From: Microbotryum violaceum
Taxonomy: Eukaryota
Length of the DNA: 64,000 nucleotides
Direction of reading: 5' to 3'
Assembly: GCA_001244265.2 (NCBI GenBank)
Contig: CDLV01000007.1
Coordinates: forward strand, 310,001 to 374,000
The notes under the pieces were generated by a model. The model ran no database searches and was not told where the DNA came from. It saw only the letters and a list, made by a program, of their open reading frames with translations. Numbering within the stretch: the first letter of the stretch is position 1; each line of letters opens with the position of its first letter. The position numbers were made by a program, and so were the translations under genes. This document shows positions 36,201 to 49,414 of the stretch, piece after piece.

Positions 36201-38292
36201 TCCTCTGTACCTGTCGAACACCGGTCTTCCTTGGTGGGCCCTCGTCATAGCCTATATATTCGCCGCAGTATATCTGCCCGGTAAGCCCAGAAAGATTATC
36301 TTTGAACGTTTCCAGCCTCGCGGAGCTGACACGTTGGGGAATCTTGCGCAGTCGTCGTGCTGTTGCAGGCGATCACCGGTTTTGGCAACACGGCTGGTGC
36401 TCTCACTCAAATGTAAGTAATTCATACAGAAAAAAATTATGAGTTCATGTCAAACGGCTTATTGAGGCGTTGCTTGTAATTAGGCTCGGCGCTGAACTGG
36501 TCCCGCACAACGCTCGAGCAAACCTCTACTTCCGAGTAAGCTCTCATCCGCTCAGCACCATCTCCAAGGACAGTCCAGACTTACGCAGGGGTTGGCTTCA
36601 TTACCTTCAGCTCTATAGCAGTCACAGTGTCGCACAAGGCGCCGTGATGACTAAGACTCTCAAGGTGAGCTGCTTTGGGCAGTCACCCACTCCGCAAACG
36701 TGAGATGCTGATTTTGAGCTGTGCGGTTTCACTCTTCCTTTTGGGATTTCAGTTTGGCCAAGTAAGTCATCCTCCGAATCCATAAAGACATAGGCGATGA
36801 TTGATTCTGACCCTGTATCTATTGTACCTTTGTCACAGTACACCAAGGTAAAACCGACTCGGATCTGCGCAAGTTCGGATATTGAACACTAATCATAGTT
36901 TTCACCCCGCCCCTGTGTTCAGATCCCACCTCGTGCAATGTTCGTAAGTCTACTAGCCCGCACTGAGGAAGTATTAGTTCTGATATGCGCCGGACTGACC
37001 CAAGGTGTTGTAATTCATCAGGTGGTGCAGTTCTTCGGGACCCTTGTCGGATCGATCTGCCAATACGGGATTGTCAGTTCCTGTCCTTCCAAGCGTCATC
37101 GGTCGCAAGTACTAAAGCCAACTCTTCTGAACTGAAGCTGCATTGGATCGTGACGACGCATTTTGCGACGTTGCTCACTGTCGAAGGCACCAGTCAATGG
37201 ACCGGGGCGAGTGTCCAAGCTTTCAACGCGCAGGTAAGCCCCAGGGGCAGGTGGCGCGGCAGTATACAGAAGTTCAAACTGACATTTCCATCGGAAATCG
37301 GTCGTGTTATAGGCAGTCACGTAAGCCGTAAAGTCTGAGCAGGCCCTCGAAGCGACGTGACAACTAACTCGAGCCAATCTTTTGATCGAATAGCTGGGGC
37401 GCGCTCGGAAAGGAGATGGTCAGTTGTTCTTGCCTCCGGTGTGCATGTCTTCTGTGCGACTGTTTACTGATCATATTTTGAACAAGTCCAATACAGTATG
37501 GTCCAGGTACATCCAAGTGTTGGCCCAACTTCATTTGAAATCGGAGCTCACCCACCTTTCATTATTTTCAGGCAACAAATACTTCATCGTCCCCATGACA
37601 CTCGGTCAGTCTGAACAACCACTTCTTGACGATGCCTCTACCCTTTCAGATCAGTTTCTGACACCCCTTTTATGTCTCCAAGTCATTGGAATGTTCGTTC
37701 CCGTCCCGCTCTGGGTCGCACATCGTTATTATCCCAAATTCGGCTTCAACCGAGTCATCACCCCGCGCTCTGCTCGGCCATTGGCATGCTCTCCGTAAGC
37801 TATTTCACCCTACAACTCGAAACGAGCAAGTGACCTGACTCATCCTCTCATTCCGTTCAGTCCGGTATCACTTCAAGCATAATGTCGTACTTCATGGTCG
37901 CCATCTTCTCGCAGTTCTACCTGCGCACGCGCCATCCGACTTTCTTCCGAAAGTACAACTACCTCGTCGCCGCCGCTCTCGATGTAAGTATCACCATTAT
38001 CGCAACTCCTCCTTCCCGCTCCAATCACATCGGGGAATTAACACATTATTTTTTCACTTAACTGGACAGGGAGGTACCCAATTGATGGTGTTCGTCGCGA
38101 CCTTCTCCATCAACGGCGGCAGTGGGGGCGTCATTCGCCAGTTCCCCTATTGGGCTCTCAAGCCCCGAGGGCAGCATGATTGTCAGTCCTGCTCCAGAGT
38201 TCTTCCCTCCGAGTAAAAAAGCTAAGTCGAAAAAAGCACCCTTCTTTCTCGGATCAGATTGCGCGATGCTGCCCAAACCGGGAAAAGCATGA
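33291..38292 (+). CDS. OPT-family oligopeptide transporter, copy 2 (tandem paralog; apparent 1-nt frameshift near 37761)
   Basis: Same motifs and intron positions as copy 1 (LNPGPFNIKEH, WEWFPQVIAP, RKYNYLVAAALD); about 33 GT-AG introns by my count; start may be 33291 or 33330. Confidence 0.9.
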
Positions 38293-38460
38293 AAGGCCTT
38301 CTTTGCTCGTCCAAGTTCTCTTGTCCTCGGTTGTCCTTTTTACGAAAAAAAAAAACAATCCTGTAGCTTCCTTTCGTCGTACGCAAAGAAAAAGGCATGT
38401 AATCTACCATTCTACGCATCTTACCAAAAAAATCCACAGCCATACCCAGTGCGTGGTATC

Positions 38461-40120
38461 CTACGCGTACCCACCATACCCAACCGCAACGCTCTTCCTC
38501 CCTCTCCTACCACCACCACCCAAAGACGTCGCCGTATTCGTCAAACTTGAGGTCGAGGTCGAAGCACTGACCAATTTCCTTCCACTCGCCTTCAATTGCT
38601 CGATGCGGTACTTATGGTTTCCAACCACTTGATCCTCAGGATCACTCGGTTCTTCTTGCTCTTGCTCCTCCGGTTCATACCGCTCCCTCGAACCAAGTCC
38701 TACACTACTCATCTTCTTCTTCCTCCCACTCCCTCCCAAACCAGTTCTCAAACTCCCCATACTCCCCACACTCCCCTCCTCCAAACCAATCCCACTATCG
38801 GACCCCAAAGTCAAAGTACCCCTCCTATACTCCCTCCTAAACCCCTCAAACTCGGGATCGATCGTGGTCGTAGCTTTATCATACTTTTGCACAAACAGAC
38901 GAGGGTGCACGAAGCGCGCGTTGTATTCGTGCATGACTTCGGATTGCAATGTTTGTCGATCGGAGAGGAGGTGGGTGTACGAATCGATGAGGAGCGTCGT
39001 CTGTGCGAGTGGGAGAGGGGGGGTTAGGAGGTGGATTCGGAGGATGAGAGGAAGTGGGGGGGGGGGGGGTATTAAACTTACTTGCATAACGACCAATGCA
39101 CCTACGAGTGCAAACGGGATGAGGTTATAGGGCGTGAGGAAATGGTACAAGACCGCCAAAGGCGGTGGATAAAAACTAAGAGCATTTCACGATGTCGCCA
39201 ACATATCAGCCACCCACGAACCGAGTACAAAGATGCTGGATAGTCCTGGATATGCTCATGCTCACGAAAAGATGAGAAGGGACCATTTGACGTAGTCCGG
39301 CGTCCAGACGTTGAGCTCTTGCACTTCGAACGATTTGGGCTCGTCGTCGTCGTAGCTGGCTTTCGACTTGGTAAAGAAGAGACCTTTGAGGAAGGAGAAG
39401 AAACTTCGCCGTGTAGGACGAGTCGGGGCGTTTGGAGGCGCTTGAAAGTCCAGCGTTGTTGAGCGAGCGTTGGGAGAAGCCAGTGGGTCCTGGGGCAAGG
39501 TGAGAGGAGAGGAAGGGCGAGTCAGGACGTCAGAGCGCTTAGAAAAGAGAGCGATGTGATCAGACCTTTCGGAGCATGAGGTGGTACTTGCGCCGCCGTG
39601 TGAACAGGTAGGCCGCATTGCCAAGTGAGATGGCGACCAACAGTATCGAAAGGATCGTTGCCTGCAGCAAGACAGCGAGATCTAATCAGCACCCCTTTCG
39701 CAGAGCTTGATCCCAAGTCCGTGCTGTCCGACGCCTGACGTACGAGCCAGCTCCAGTTCAGCCTCTGACTCTGCATGGCCTGCAACCTGAGCGCCTGCAG
39801 GCGTTGTTCGGCCGTCTTGAGATCACTCGGATTGGCGAGGAACCTTGACGACCTGACCGACGAAGAGCGGGTGATCCATGTCGGGAGCACGCTCGCAAAA
39901 ATCGGCAGTCGGAGCACGAGGTGAAGCACGTTCAATCCGATGCTGAGCGGAATCCCGGCGGCGTCGAACGAGAGCAGTTCCCACGAGGTTGACATTGAAA
40001 GGATCGCAGTCGATGGCCAGTCGATGGCCCTGTCGCAGCACACACACGAAACAGGGTGTCAGCTCCGAGTGGCGCACGCTGACGAGCAGCCTTGCTGTTG
40101 GATGAGGTCGTCGCGGCCAT
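38461..40120 (-). CDS. Nuclear rim protein Nur1/Mug154-like (DUF2418)
   Basis: TM segments, ELNVWTP...LLIFS/FYPPP and LQSEVMHEYNARFVHPRL, which recall the Nur1/Mug154 family; several introns. Confidence 0.75.
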
Positions 40121-40810
40121 GCGACCTACTTTTCTGTCAAACTGCGCAGTCGAACCCTGCGTGGGCTGTGACGAGGTGTTTGTTGCAGTGCTTCCCGAGC
40201 GAGAAACTTGCCGACGGGTGTGGATATCTGCCCCCTGTCGCGTGGAGGAGCTGCAAAGCGTCGCTTGGACGACGAGCCGATCGGATGCAACGACGACTGC
40301 GAGCTGGACAGATCGTGTGATGCACCATGGCTCGGGGTCGAGGGCGTCGCGAGGGAGGACGAGGTGCCGGACGAATGCCTCGAGCGGCGATACGGCGGTG
40401 TAGAGAGGTTCATTCTCGCGCGCGAAAGGCCATGTACGAGCGCAGAGAAGCGAAGGCGGGCAACCCACGAAAGCCCACGAGTGCGCCTCGGTCAATTGCG
40501 ATTATTCCGACACTAACGATCCGTAATCACTCCTGACTTGCGGGGTTTCGGTGCCCAAAGTTTCACTCTGTGTCTGAACCCATATGATGTCCCGGGAGAA
40601 CTCTGTGTAAAAGTGAGCCCGACGAGTTTTTAATTTTTGTTCGATCATCTGTCGATGCACACCAGATCAAACACCGAAGTTTTCCCAGGCCAGGTGCCGG
40701 CTCGTCGGCTATCTCGAGTTCCGTGATGCCAGAGGACGACTCACTGCCCGACCGCCTCACTTCCTCGCGCCACGCAACCTCACCCTTACCCACAGTATAT
40801 ATCCTTTCAG

Positions 40811-41430
40811 ATGGCGCCCAAGGTCGTGCTCATCACAGGATGCAGTGAGGGTGGTATCGGGTGAGTTCCTTCGAGCACGTTCACGACAGCACCCCCCGTA
40901 CAGACAGCGGTCAAGCTCGGTGCCTATTCCAGCCTACATCATCCTTACTGATCCTTCCCAAATCATCTCCTACCCACCTCCTCCCTCCTCCCTCAACCAT
41001 TCCCCACCTTTTCCACCCTTCCCTTTTCCCCCACCAGCAACGCCCTCTGCCAAGCCTACTCCCGCGCCGGATGTCACGTGTTCGCAACAGCTCGTCGTCT
41101 TTCAGCGATGGAAAATCTCCCTTCTTCGGTCGACAGGATCCAACTCGACGTTCTGAACGAGGAGGATTGTAAGAAGGCGGTTAAGGAGGTCGTCGATAAG
41201 GTGGGGAGGATCGACATTCTTGGTAAGGCTCGAGTTGTTTTGAAGCGGTCTTCAAGGAGACGGGGTGGGGTGGGTTGAGGATGAAGGCCTCACTCAAACT
41301 GACTTGGGGGTTCTTGCGTGCTCGATCATCTACCTAGTCAACAACGCTGGTGCAGGAGGTACCGGAGCTTTGATGGACTTCCCCGTTGATCAAGCCAAAG
41401 TCAGAAATTCACCTCAAAAATTCGCGCGCT

Positions 41431-41470
<40 letters not shown>

Positions 41471-42316
41471 TCCTGAGCTCAATCCTCCCCTCTTCCCTTC
41501 CGATCCTTCCAGGCCGTCTTCGATACCAACCTCTTCGCTCCCATGCGTTTGGCCCAATTGGTCGTCCCCCACATGGCGAAGAAAAAGTCCGGTTTAATCA
41601 TCAACATTGGTTCGATCGTCGGTTCGTCCTAGCCTGCCCCTTTCCCCCCCAAAAAGAGAGCCTGCAGCCAATGTCGCCCCCGCCCCTTTCGTTATACGAA
41701 ACAGGTGTGATCCCTACCCCCTGGGCCGGCGTTTACGCCACTTCCAAAGCGGCCATTCACGCCTGGTCCGAGGTGTTGCGCATGGAAGTCAAAGGCTTAG
41801 GCATTAACGTCATGGTCGTCGCTCCGGGAGCGATTACGAGTGGGTTCGGCAAGAAGCAAGCCGATAGCTTTGATTTACCTCAAGGTATGATCGGGGAACG
41901 AAGAGGGAGGGAGTGTGGAAAGACTTGGAAAGTTTTTGCCGACTGATTTTGTTTCGAATTGGATGATTAGATTCGTTGTACCATTCCGTCGCGCAACGCA
42001 TCATGGATCGAGCGGCGATGTCCCAAAGAGCCGGTAAGCTTTTGCTCATCTCACCTTCCAAAACTCCAAACTCGGATTCGAACTGAACCCCTCCCCTTCT
42101 CCTCGATACTAAAACAAAAAAAAACAAATAGATCATACCATGCCCGCCTCCAAATTAGCCCAGGGTATCGTCACTCGATCTCTCCGACCCAATCCCGCGA
42201 CCTACTACACCGCAGGAGGGAAGGCGTTCCTGTTTTGGATTTTGGAGAGGTTGCCTCGATCGTTCGTTTGGTTCGTGTTGGCGAGGGCTTTGGGGACGAA
42301 TCAAGTTGGGAAATGA
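40811..42316 (+). CDS. Short-chain dehydrogenase/reductase, AYR1-like (1-acyl-DHAP reductase family)
   Basis: VVLITGCSEGGIG, GRIDILVNNAG, IINIGS, catalytic YATSK and VVAPGAI; spliced; TGA ending 42316. Confidence 0.9.
41432..41468 (+). repeat. Poly(A)37 tract inside an SDR intron
   Basis: Direct count of 37 consecutive A within the intron that begins at 41400. Confidence 0.9.
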
Positions 42317-42659
42317 TGGGGGCAAGATTTTACCCGTTTTTTTTTGTTGTTGGGGGGGGGGGGGTTGGCAAGAATTGTATTGTTTGTGATGACGTTATGA
42401 TGCAATCTGTTTTGTCGTTGTCGCTTTTTTACCCACCCAGAATTGATCGGAATGGGACCACACGAAGCTGATTTGACCTCCTACCTGAAACCAAACGCAC
42501 AAAGCCTACCGATGAGAGATGACCCAATCAACGCAAAACCTCTGACCTAACTATTCAGTCAATGATGTTGGAGGAGAAAGAACAATGAAAAGTTGCGACT
42601 TCGATGAACAATACAGAATTGAGTCACCAGAAAACAGTGAAGGGGGCGGGAACGAAGAA

Positions 42660-42923
42660 CTCACAGGTGCTGTAGTGGAAGAAGCGCACCAACGACGCGG
42701 CGAAACTCCATGGTGATGACGCTGATGACGACGATGAGGAACAGGATGGGCAAAGACACCAGTTGGATCAACTTGGGGTCGGATGCTGTCAAGTCAGCCA
42801 GCGAGAACGTCGTAACAACTCCGAACTCCTCGTACGACCGCAGGAGCCGACGGGCGAGAGAAGAGGATCGAGAAGGGGCTCAGCATCTGGCGCAACGAAG
42901 GGCGATAAGCTGAGCTTGACCAT
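42660..42923 (-). pseudogene. Truncated, frameshifted paralog fragment of the adjacent MARVEL-like gene
   Basis: Minus strand reads SDPKLIQLVSLPILFLIVVISVITM, then after a 1-nt shift SFAASLVRFFHYST and a GTGAGT donor. This parallels TVKLVHAPLFGLITLIGIVTLAMSASLVSHYNSH of the neighbour. Confidence 0.45.
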
Positions 42924-43468
42924 GGGTGATCGAAGAGCAGTAGCCTGTGAAGACGCGTGCAAGAGGGACAGATGCGATCGCATTCGGCGCTCGCGGTCGG
43001 CATGCCTGATCAGATCGCTAGGCCCCTATCGAACCCAGTCAAGTCATCCGAGTGCGAACAATCGCGATTCGAACCCACCTCAACTTGAGCACACAACAGA
43101 TTCCCATAACCGGGAGAATAGCGCTTTCACACAACCCATTCACAGATGGTACCACCTACCTGTTCACTAAGGTTCGCGATCGGTCTCGACACACCCAGTC
43201 CGGACGATCCAATGACACATAAACAACGAGTAATTTCGAACTTCAATATGATGCAAAAAAAAAAAATTAAGGGTGTAATATTTATATAGTAAGGTGATTC
43301 GGTAGGAAGGGTAAAATCGAGGTCTAAAGTCCCTTGATAGGAAGAGAAGCTTGATCAAGAGAGCAGCAAGCGCAACTGAGCAAGCAAGCGAATCAAGGTG
43401 GTGAAATACCAAGATGGCGAAGTGGTGAAGTAGGCGATCCTTCTTGAAGGTCCGACAACGTAGATAAG

Positions 43469-44391
43469 TTAAGCGTTGACCAAAGTCGACCTCCTCATAC
43501 CCCCACCCGAACGAGCCTTAACGCCAAGGGCGAAGACGAAGATGAGCGCGATGAAGAGGAGCAAGGTCTGGGTCCAGGTGACGCCGACAAGACCCTTGAC
43601 AACCTTGCAGCGCGAGAAGTTCTCGATCCCGGAGCAATGTATCTTGTCCGTCAAGGCGGTGAGCGAAGCGACACCGATCAAGAGGAGAATCTGGGAGTAG
43701 AGGGAGGGATGGAGCATCAGCACAGCCAAACCTCTTGTAGAAACGCTAGTGCTTGCTAATGGTACTCACAAAAGCAATGGCAAGACCAATGAGGTGGGCA
43801 AAGATCCCAAAGAGGATGTTGTCGGGCTTGACAGCGACCCCGGCCACGAGGAAAACTGGAAAAAGGCCACGACCGAAGAAGTCAGAACCAAATAGTTGGA
43901 GGAATTTCAGATATCCGTAGGCTCCACTCACCCGACACGAAAAGGGACCAGATCGCACCGGCGAGGATGATGCGGATTCGGTCACGGTCTGATATCAAGG
44001 CCCAAGAAAGAAAATACGGAAACGTTCGGCACAGGTCAGCTCGTCTTGGTTCTGCTGCACCCTCGAGTGCAAGGTAGGGACAGGTGCCATTGAAGACACT
44101 CACAGGACACGGTGGGGTAACCGTGCGAGTTGTAGTGCGACACCAGCGATGCGGACATGGCGAGCGTGACGATACCGATCAAGGTGATCTAATTGCATCA
44201 GAGGAACAGGTCAGTACTGTGCACTTCGAGGTTCAGAGGGCGCTTGGTATGCTTTGCGCGTGAGCACCGGAAAGTGATCGATGGCACGTGCGGAATAGGC
44301 GACCAGGGACAAGGGGTTGACGAAGAGGACAACGACGTACCAGGCCAAAAAGGGGAGCGTGCACAAGCTTGACAGTTCCTTCGGAAACCAT
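43469..44391 (-). CDS. Four-TM MARVEL-like membrane protein
   Basis: Five exons giving four hydrophobic helices, RDRIRIILAGAIWS, and a Cys pair (IHCSG...SRCKVVKG) in the last loop, typical of fungal MARVEL proteins. Confidence 0.7.
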
Positions 44392-44986
44392 GATTGATGG
44401 TAAAGTTTGTGGTTTTGGTGAGAAAGAGGCTGAGCAAGGAAGCTGGACGGGTGTGTGCGCGGTTTGGATGTGAGTGGCAGAAGGACAAGAGAGGGGAGCC
44501 AAGTCGAGCAGTGACGTGCGACAGTTCCCCCTTCAGTCAGCGCGAGTCAGCGCGGCCGATCCCAAGCGTGGCTGCGTCGGCGCAGAGGCAGCGCTGGTTG
44601 GGCGCGCAAATCGCCGCCGCCGCGCGCGCCGCCACATCACGCGAGGAGATTGACGTCAGAGTCTGGGTTGGGACCTTTTTTGTGGCGATCCCTTGCACCG
44701 GCCCGCGAAGCGCGAAGGGCAGGCAAGTCTCAGTTGGCTCACGTACGGCCAGAAAGCAGCAGCAAGCACAGCCAGCTCTTCTACTGGCCTCCGTGGCTAT
44801 GGATAATCGATCCGTCATCGATCAGAATGGCCGGGCTGTGCGTTTCGCAACTCCCATATTTTTCCGTCATAGGGGGTCCATTTCTTCGAAACCCTTCCAT
44901 TCGATGCCAGTAGGGCTCTCCTCGAAATCGTACTGAATTCATTTCAGTCTAGGCAACCAAAACGGGTTATATGATGCTAACTCTCC

Positions 44987-47656
44987 TCAAATTTCTACAC
45001 AGCTTCCACCTCTCTTCATCACCGCGGCGACACACTTGAAGGCCTCGATTCGGTCAGCCCTTTCAAGATCTGGAGGTCGACCCTTCCGCGCGACGGGTTG
45101 CCCGCTTGCGATAGCATGAAGGCGACGTCTAAGATGAGGAAAGACGGAAGGCTCATTAGTGTTGTGTGAAGAGGCGCAATGTGAATGAAGAATACGCACC
45201 CAAAGATTGCTCAAAGTTAAGTCGAGCTGAAGCCGATCAAGAACGAAAAGATCAGCTTCCGAGCGCAGGTCCATGTCCTCACGAATCTCTCGCACAGGAG
45301 CACTCACGATCACAGAAACTCTCGAACCTCAACGCCAATTCATCCTCACCCAATTCCATACTCCCACCCGTGCATTCGGTGACGGACTGGCCATCCTGTT
45401 GGATATCACCCGTCAACTCGAGGTGGATACCACCGAGGTTCGAGCCCATGGATTGGTGAATCCTTAGAGCTGACGAGATCTCCGAGACAATGTCGTGCAT
45501 CGCTCGGGTCTTGATCCCGCCAGCGGCGGAACGGGTGTTGCCGTGCATGGGGTCGCAGCACCAAACCACTTTGGAAGAGAGCCGTTTGAAATCAGCCAGT
45601 GGCTCAGCACCGCCTGATCAATAGTAGTAATAATTCTACATACCAGGATGACCCGAAGCACTGACGGCCTCAATATGGGCAGGCAACTTTTGATCGACCA
45701 AATTGGCTCCATAACGAGTGATGAGCGTCACTCGACCTGGCTCCTTATCGGGGTCGACGATACCGAGCAAGCGCACGAGTTCAGCCGGTTCGGAAGTAGG
45801 TCCTACTTTGATTCCTACCGGGTTGCGAAGACCTGTTCAACCCTCGCCAACCGAGTTAGTGAGAGCGAGGAGGCCCCACACGTCTGATCCGGTCTGAGCA
45901 CGAACCTCGGAAGAATCTGCGAACATGGTACAGACATCGTCAGTTCACTTTTAGGGGCCGACGACGACATGAAGAAACAGAAGAGGGAATAGGCTCACTC
46001 TACATGTGCGCCATCAATTTGCCGTGTGCGATCACCGATCCACTGCAGGCAGGTACAAGTATGAGAGTCGTAACGGTAAGCTCAGGGTAGGTGGATTCGC
46101 CGGCGCTGAAAACGACGTCGGGAGAAGCGACCTACGATAAAGTGCCTAGGATCGGTTACCGGGCGAGCGAGTATCAGTACAAACATTAACTCCGACGAAT
46201 AAACATCTCGAACTCACGCGCTAGTGCAATAGTACGCTTTTTCTCCCGGCTTTGTCCTCGCGAATGAGGGGACGTAGAGCTCGCGCGTCAATGCCGATTC
46301 GTATTCGAGCATCAGGGCCTGTCGAAGAACTTGGTCCATCAGCACAAGGACCGAATACATGAGATGCGTATCACGACCTACCTCGTGACTCATGAAGATA
46401 TCCACACTCCCGAGCGCGCCGTTTAGCCCGTTTTTACCCCCTCGATCACCACCTACAACACCGAGAAATTCGAGCGCGGAGCTCAATTCGGCGACGATGC
46501 GTTCGTAACTCTTCAACAAATCCGGCGAGCGCACGTGCGAGAGGGGTAACGACCAAGGTACGTCTTCGCCATTGGCGTTGAGTAAGGAGGCGAAGCCTGA
46601 GGCGAGGAGTGCTCTAACGTGGTTCACGGTTGCGGCGGAGTGGAAGTAGGCGGAGAGGAGACGCTCGGGATCGGGGAGACGATCGTCAGGGGAGATACCG
46701 TTGACATTGTGCCCGCTGAGTACGGCAATACGAAGCGTCAAGACTGAGTAAAGCGCTGAAGTAGGATACGCAGGGGAGCAGAGCGGACTGACCGAAAGGA
46801 GGGAATTTCCTTGCCGTCAACAACTTCGGTCTGCTTTGACCTCGGTTTAGCGTACTACAGCAAAGAAAACACTGTCAGTCATGAACTTTGACAAAGACAT
46901 TGCGTTGGAGACCGACCTGTCCACCCATCCTGGCGATTCGCACGACAGGTTTCCTCATGCCCCCTGTCGGAAAAAGGTGATGAGTCAAAACGTCCGAACG
47001 AGCCCTCGGCCGCGTGGGTGACTCACAAATAAGAATGAGCGACATGGACAGAAGCAGCGAGAGGCGATGCTCGATCTTTTCCGAGGTGCAGTAATCAAAG
47101 AGCTCTGTAAGCGTAATGAGAGGTGGATGAGTGCATCAATCCTCGCTCGGTCTGGTGTGCACGTGGAGCCGATTTTCGAACGGGATGACTGACCAGCACA
47201 ATCACCACCCTGAAGCAGGAACGCGTCCCCCTTGGCTACTTTTGCCAATTGAACTTTGAGTCGTTCAATCTGTTGAGCATGTCGAGGGTGTGATCAGCTG
47301 CTGCCACCTCTCCCCTTTCGGTCCGTCGGTCCGGCTTTGATTTGACGGTCGGAAATTGAAACTTCGCACCGAGAATCGGGCAACGGACGTGCTTCGCGCG
47401 CGAGTCGCTGGGAGCTTACCTCTACAGCCGACACCAGAGGAGGAAGAGCGGACAAGTTCTCCACCACAGCCGAGAGAGATTTCTTGGGCTTGTAAAGCAT
47501 AGGATCGGGCACGGGTGCGTCCGTCTCGCTGATAGGGGTCGGTGCGACGGGGTAGACGACGTCCTGGGCCACTTGCTTGGAGCGCCATGATTGTGGGTGC
47601 CAGTCCGATGGGGCAGCAAGGGTCGCGGCTACGAGCTTGATTAAAGGTGTTTCCAT
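44987..47656 (-). CDS. Class II DAHP synthase (phospho-2-dehydro-3-deoxyheptonate aldolase, AroA II type)
   Basis: WHPQSWR..AQ, AFLLQGGDCA, PDPERLLSAYFHSAATVN, SHE.L.LEYE, NPVGIKVGP, WCCDPMHGNT, GGIHLELTG..VTECTGG and FESFCD. Confidence 0.94.
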
Positions 47657-48127
47657 CTTAACTGAGTGCACTCAAGTGGCGATGGTGCGAGTTCAGCTGC
47701 AGCGCTCGGAATGGATGAGAGCTTGAGGAGGAAACGACGAATGCTCTCGCACTCGAGTCTCGCAATTCGCGCGTGACCGCGTGAAAACAAATTGCACGCG
47801 CCCAATTTGGGGCCGGCGCTAGGCTCGACGCCCCTGGGAGGAGCTTGTGAGTTATCGGCGCGCTTGGCCCAGTTGCCATCCGAAATTTTGGCCCTGAAAA
47901 GTGCCCCCTTGCTGTAGCATGGCATATATTGGTGCTATCTAAAAACTGGAGGGATAAGTCTTTACTTCATCATTATTTACGAGGCTTCACCCAAGCTTGA
48001 AGTCTAGGAACGATTGATCATCTCGCTACAGCAGCTTGCAGTGAATCAACTGATTCCGAACGCGAGACAGGTCGGCGCACGGACCAGTCGTAGTCCAGTC
48101 CGCGTCGCTGCATAGATCCAGGTCACT

Positions 48128-49402
48128 TTAAGCCCGGCCGCGCCTCACGCATCCTCTCAGGCTCTCTCTCCTCCACTCAACATCGCACCTCCCCTTATGA
48201 TGAGCCATGCCGGTACAAACAACGAGGCCGATTAGGGGACCGCCCCGTCGACATCCATCAATTGAGTTCAGGGCGTCTCCCTTGCGATCAGCTTCAAGGG
48301 CCAGTCCTACGACTTTGTTCGGGCGAGTTGATTGGCGTCTGCTTGTTCGGGTCATTTTTGGCTTTAGATATTGTCGCGCTTGACGTGGACCACGGTGATC
48401 GTGCAAAGAGGAGAATAGCGAAGCGGACTGAAACGGATCAAGCCGAACGGAGCAGGCTCGCCGATGATGAGAGTGCCACTTGCACGGTGCCCGGGTTGGC
48501 CGGAGCGTCGCCGAAAATTGTAGTCGGCGCATCCTCGCGAAGGGCAGCTTCGTCTGACTCCCCCCGTTGAATCTCGAAAGAGCTCTCGTCGAAATTCGCG
48601 TCATCTGATACAAACACCGTGTTGGTGTCGGGCCGCCAGAACATCCATCCCTGGTCCGCGTAGCCAATGAAGCGAGCCTTGACCCGGGGCGGTTTGATCT
48701 TCGAGGAACGACGTTCCGGCGCGATCCTGACGTATGCCACGCAACCCCATACGGGAACGCGCGAAACGTTGAGTTTGCGAAGGTGGTACATTTCGAAAGG
48801 TGTCGAGCCTGGTAACGCGGCGGTAGTTCGACGATTGCTTACATAAGTGAATGCGTTCGACGCGAATGCCCAGAAGGACCTGGACAGTGGTAACCCTGAG
48901 ACCAGCAGCCAGATCCGCACCGTCTCGAACATGGTGCGCCATCCCGGTTCGACGACGCCGTTTTGGTAGTGCGCGTAAGGTACTGTGGTTCTGTGCTCAA
49001 TCCCTCGGTCCTTGAAGAAGACTTTCAGGGCGTTGTTCACGAACTCCCCACCGTTGTCGGAGTGAAAAACAGACACGTTCCGTCACGACTTCGTTCCATT
49101 CTTCGGATAAATTCGATGACTATGGTTGTCACGTCAGACTTCTTGGCGATCGGAACACTCCATCGAAAACGTGAGTAGTCGTCGACTAGGCCGAGGGCCA
49201 TGACCTCGCCACTGAAGCTTTCATGACGAACGGGACCCCAGAGCTCCACGTGAATCGCGTGGAGTGGCTTGTCGGCGCGAGAAGCAGGCCCCTTGGGAAT
49301 GTTGGCATGAAACCCTCTTCCTTGCATGCAACCCGCACATTGAGCTACCTCAAAATCCCCCCTTTTTATGTTCAAACCCATGACAGTCCCTTTCCGATCC
49401 AA
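48128..49402 (-). mobile_element. Ty1/copia relic: integrase segment followed directly by a PPT and a putative 3' LTR start (RT/RNaseH absent)
   Basis: CAGCMQG, IHVELWGP, VDDYSRFRW, HSDNGGEF, TVPYAHYQNGVVE, WGCVAYV and FIGY..GWMFW...VSDDANFDE (rve plus SH3-like); frameshifted; minus-strand AAGGGGAGG at 48196-48188, then TGTTG at 48182. Confidence 0.88.
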
Positions 49403-49414
49403 GCACCGTCAACG

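Noticed and set aside
44987..47656. Class II DAHP synthase as a bacterial horizontal transfer or secondary-metabolite cluster marker
   Set aside because: Class II enzymes are known in fungi, the gene is intron-rich, and no biosynthetic core gene is nearby.
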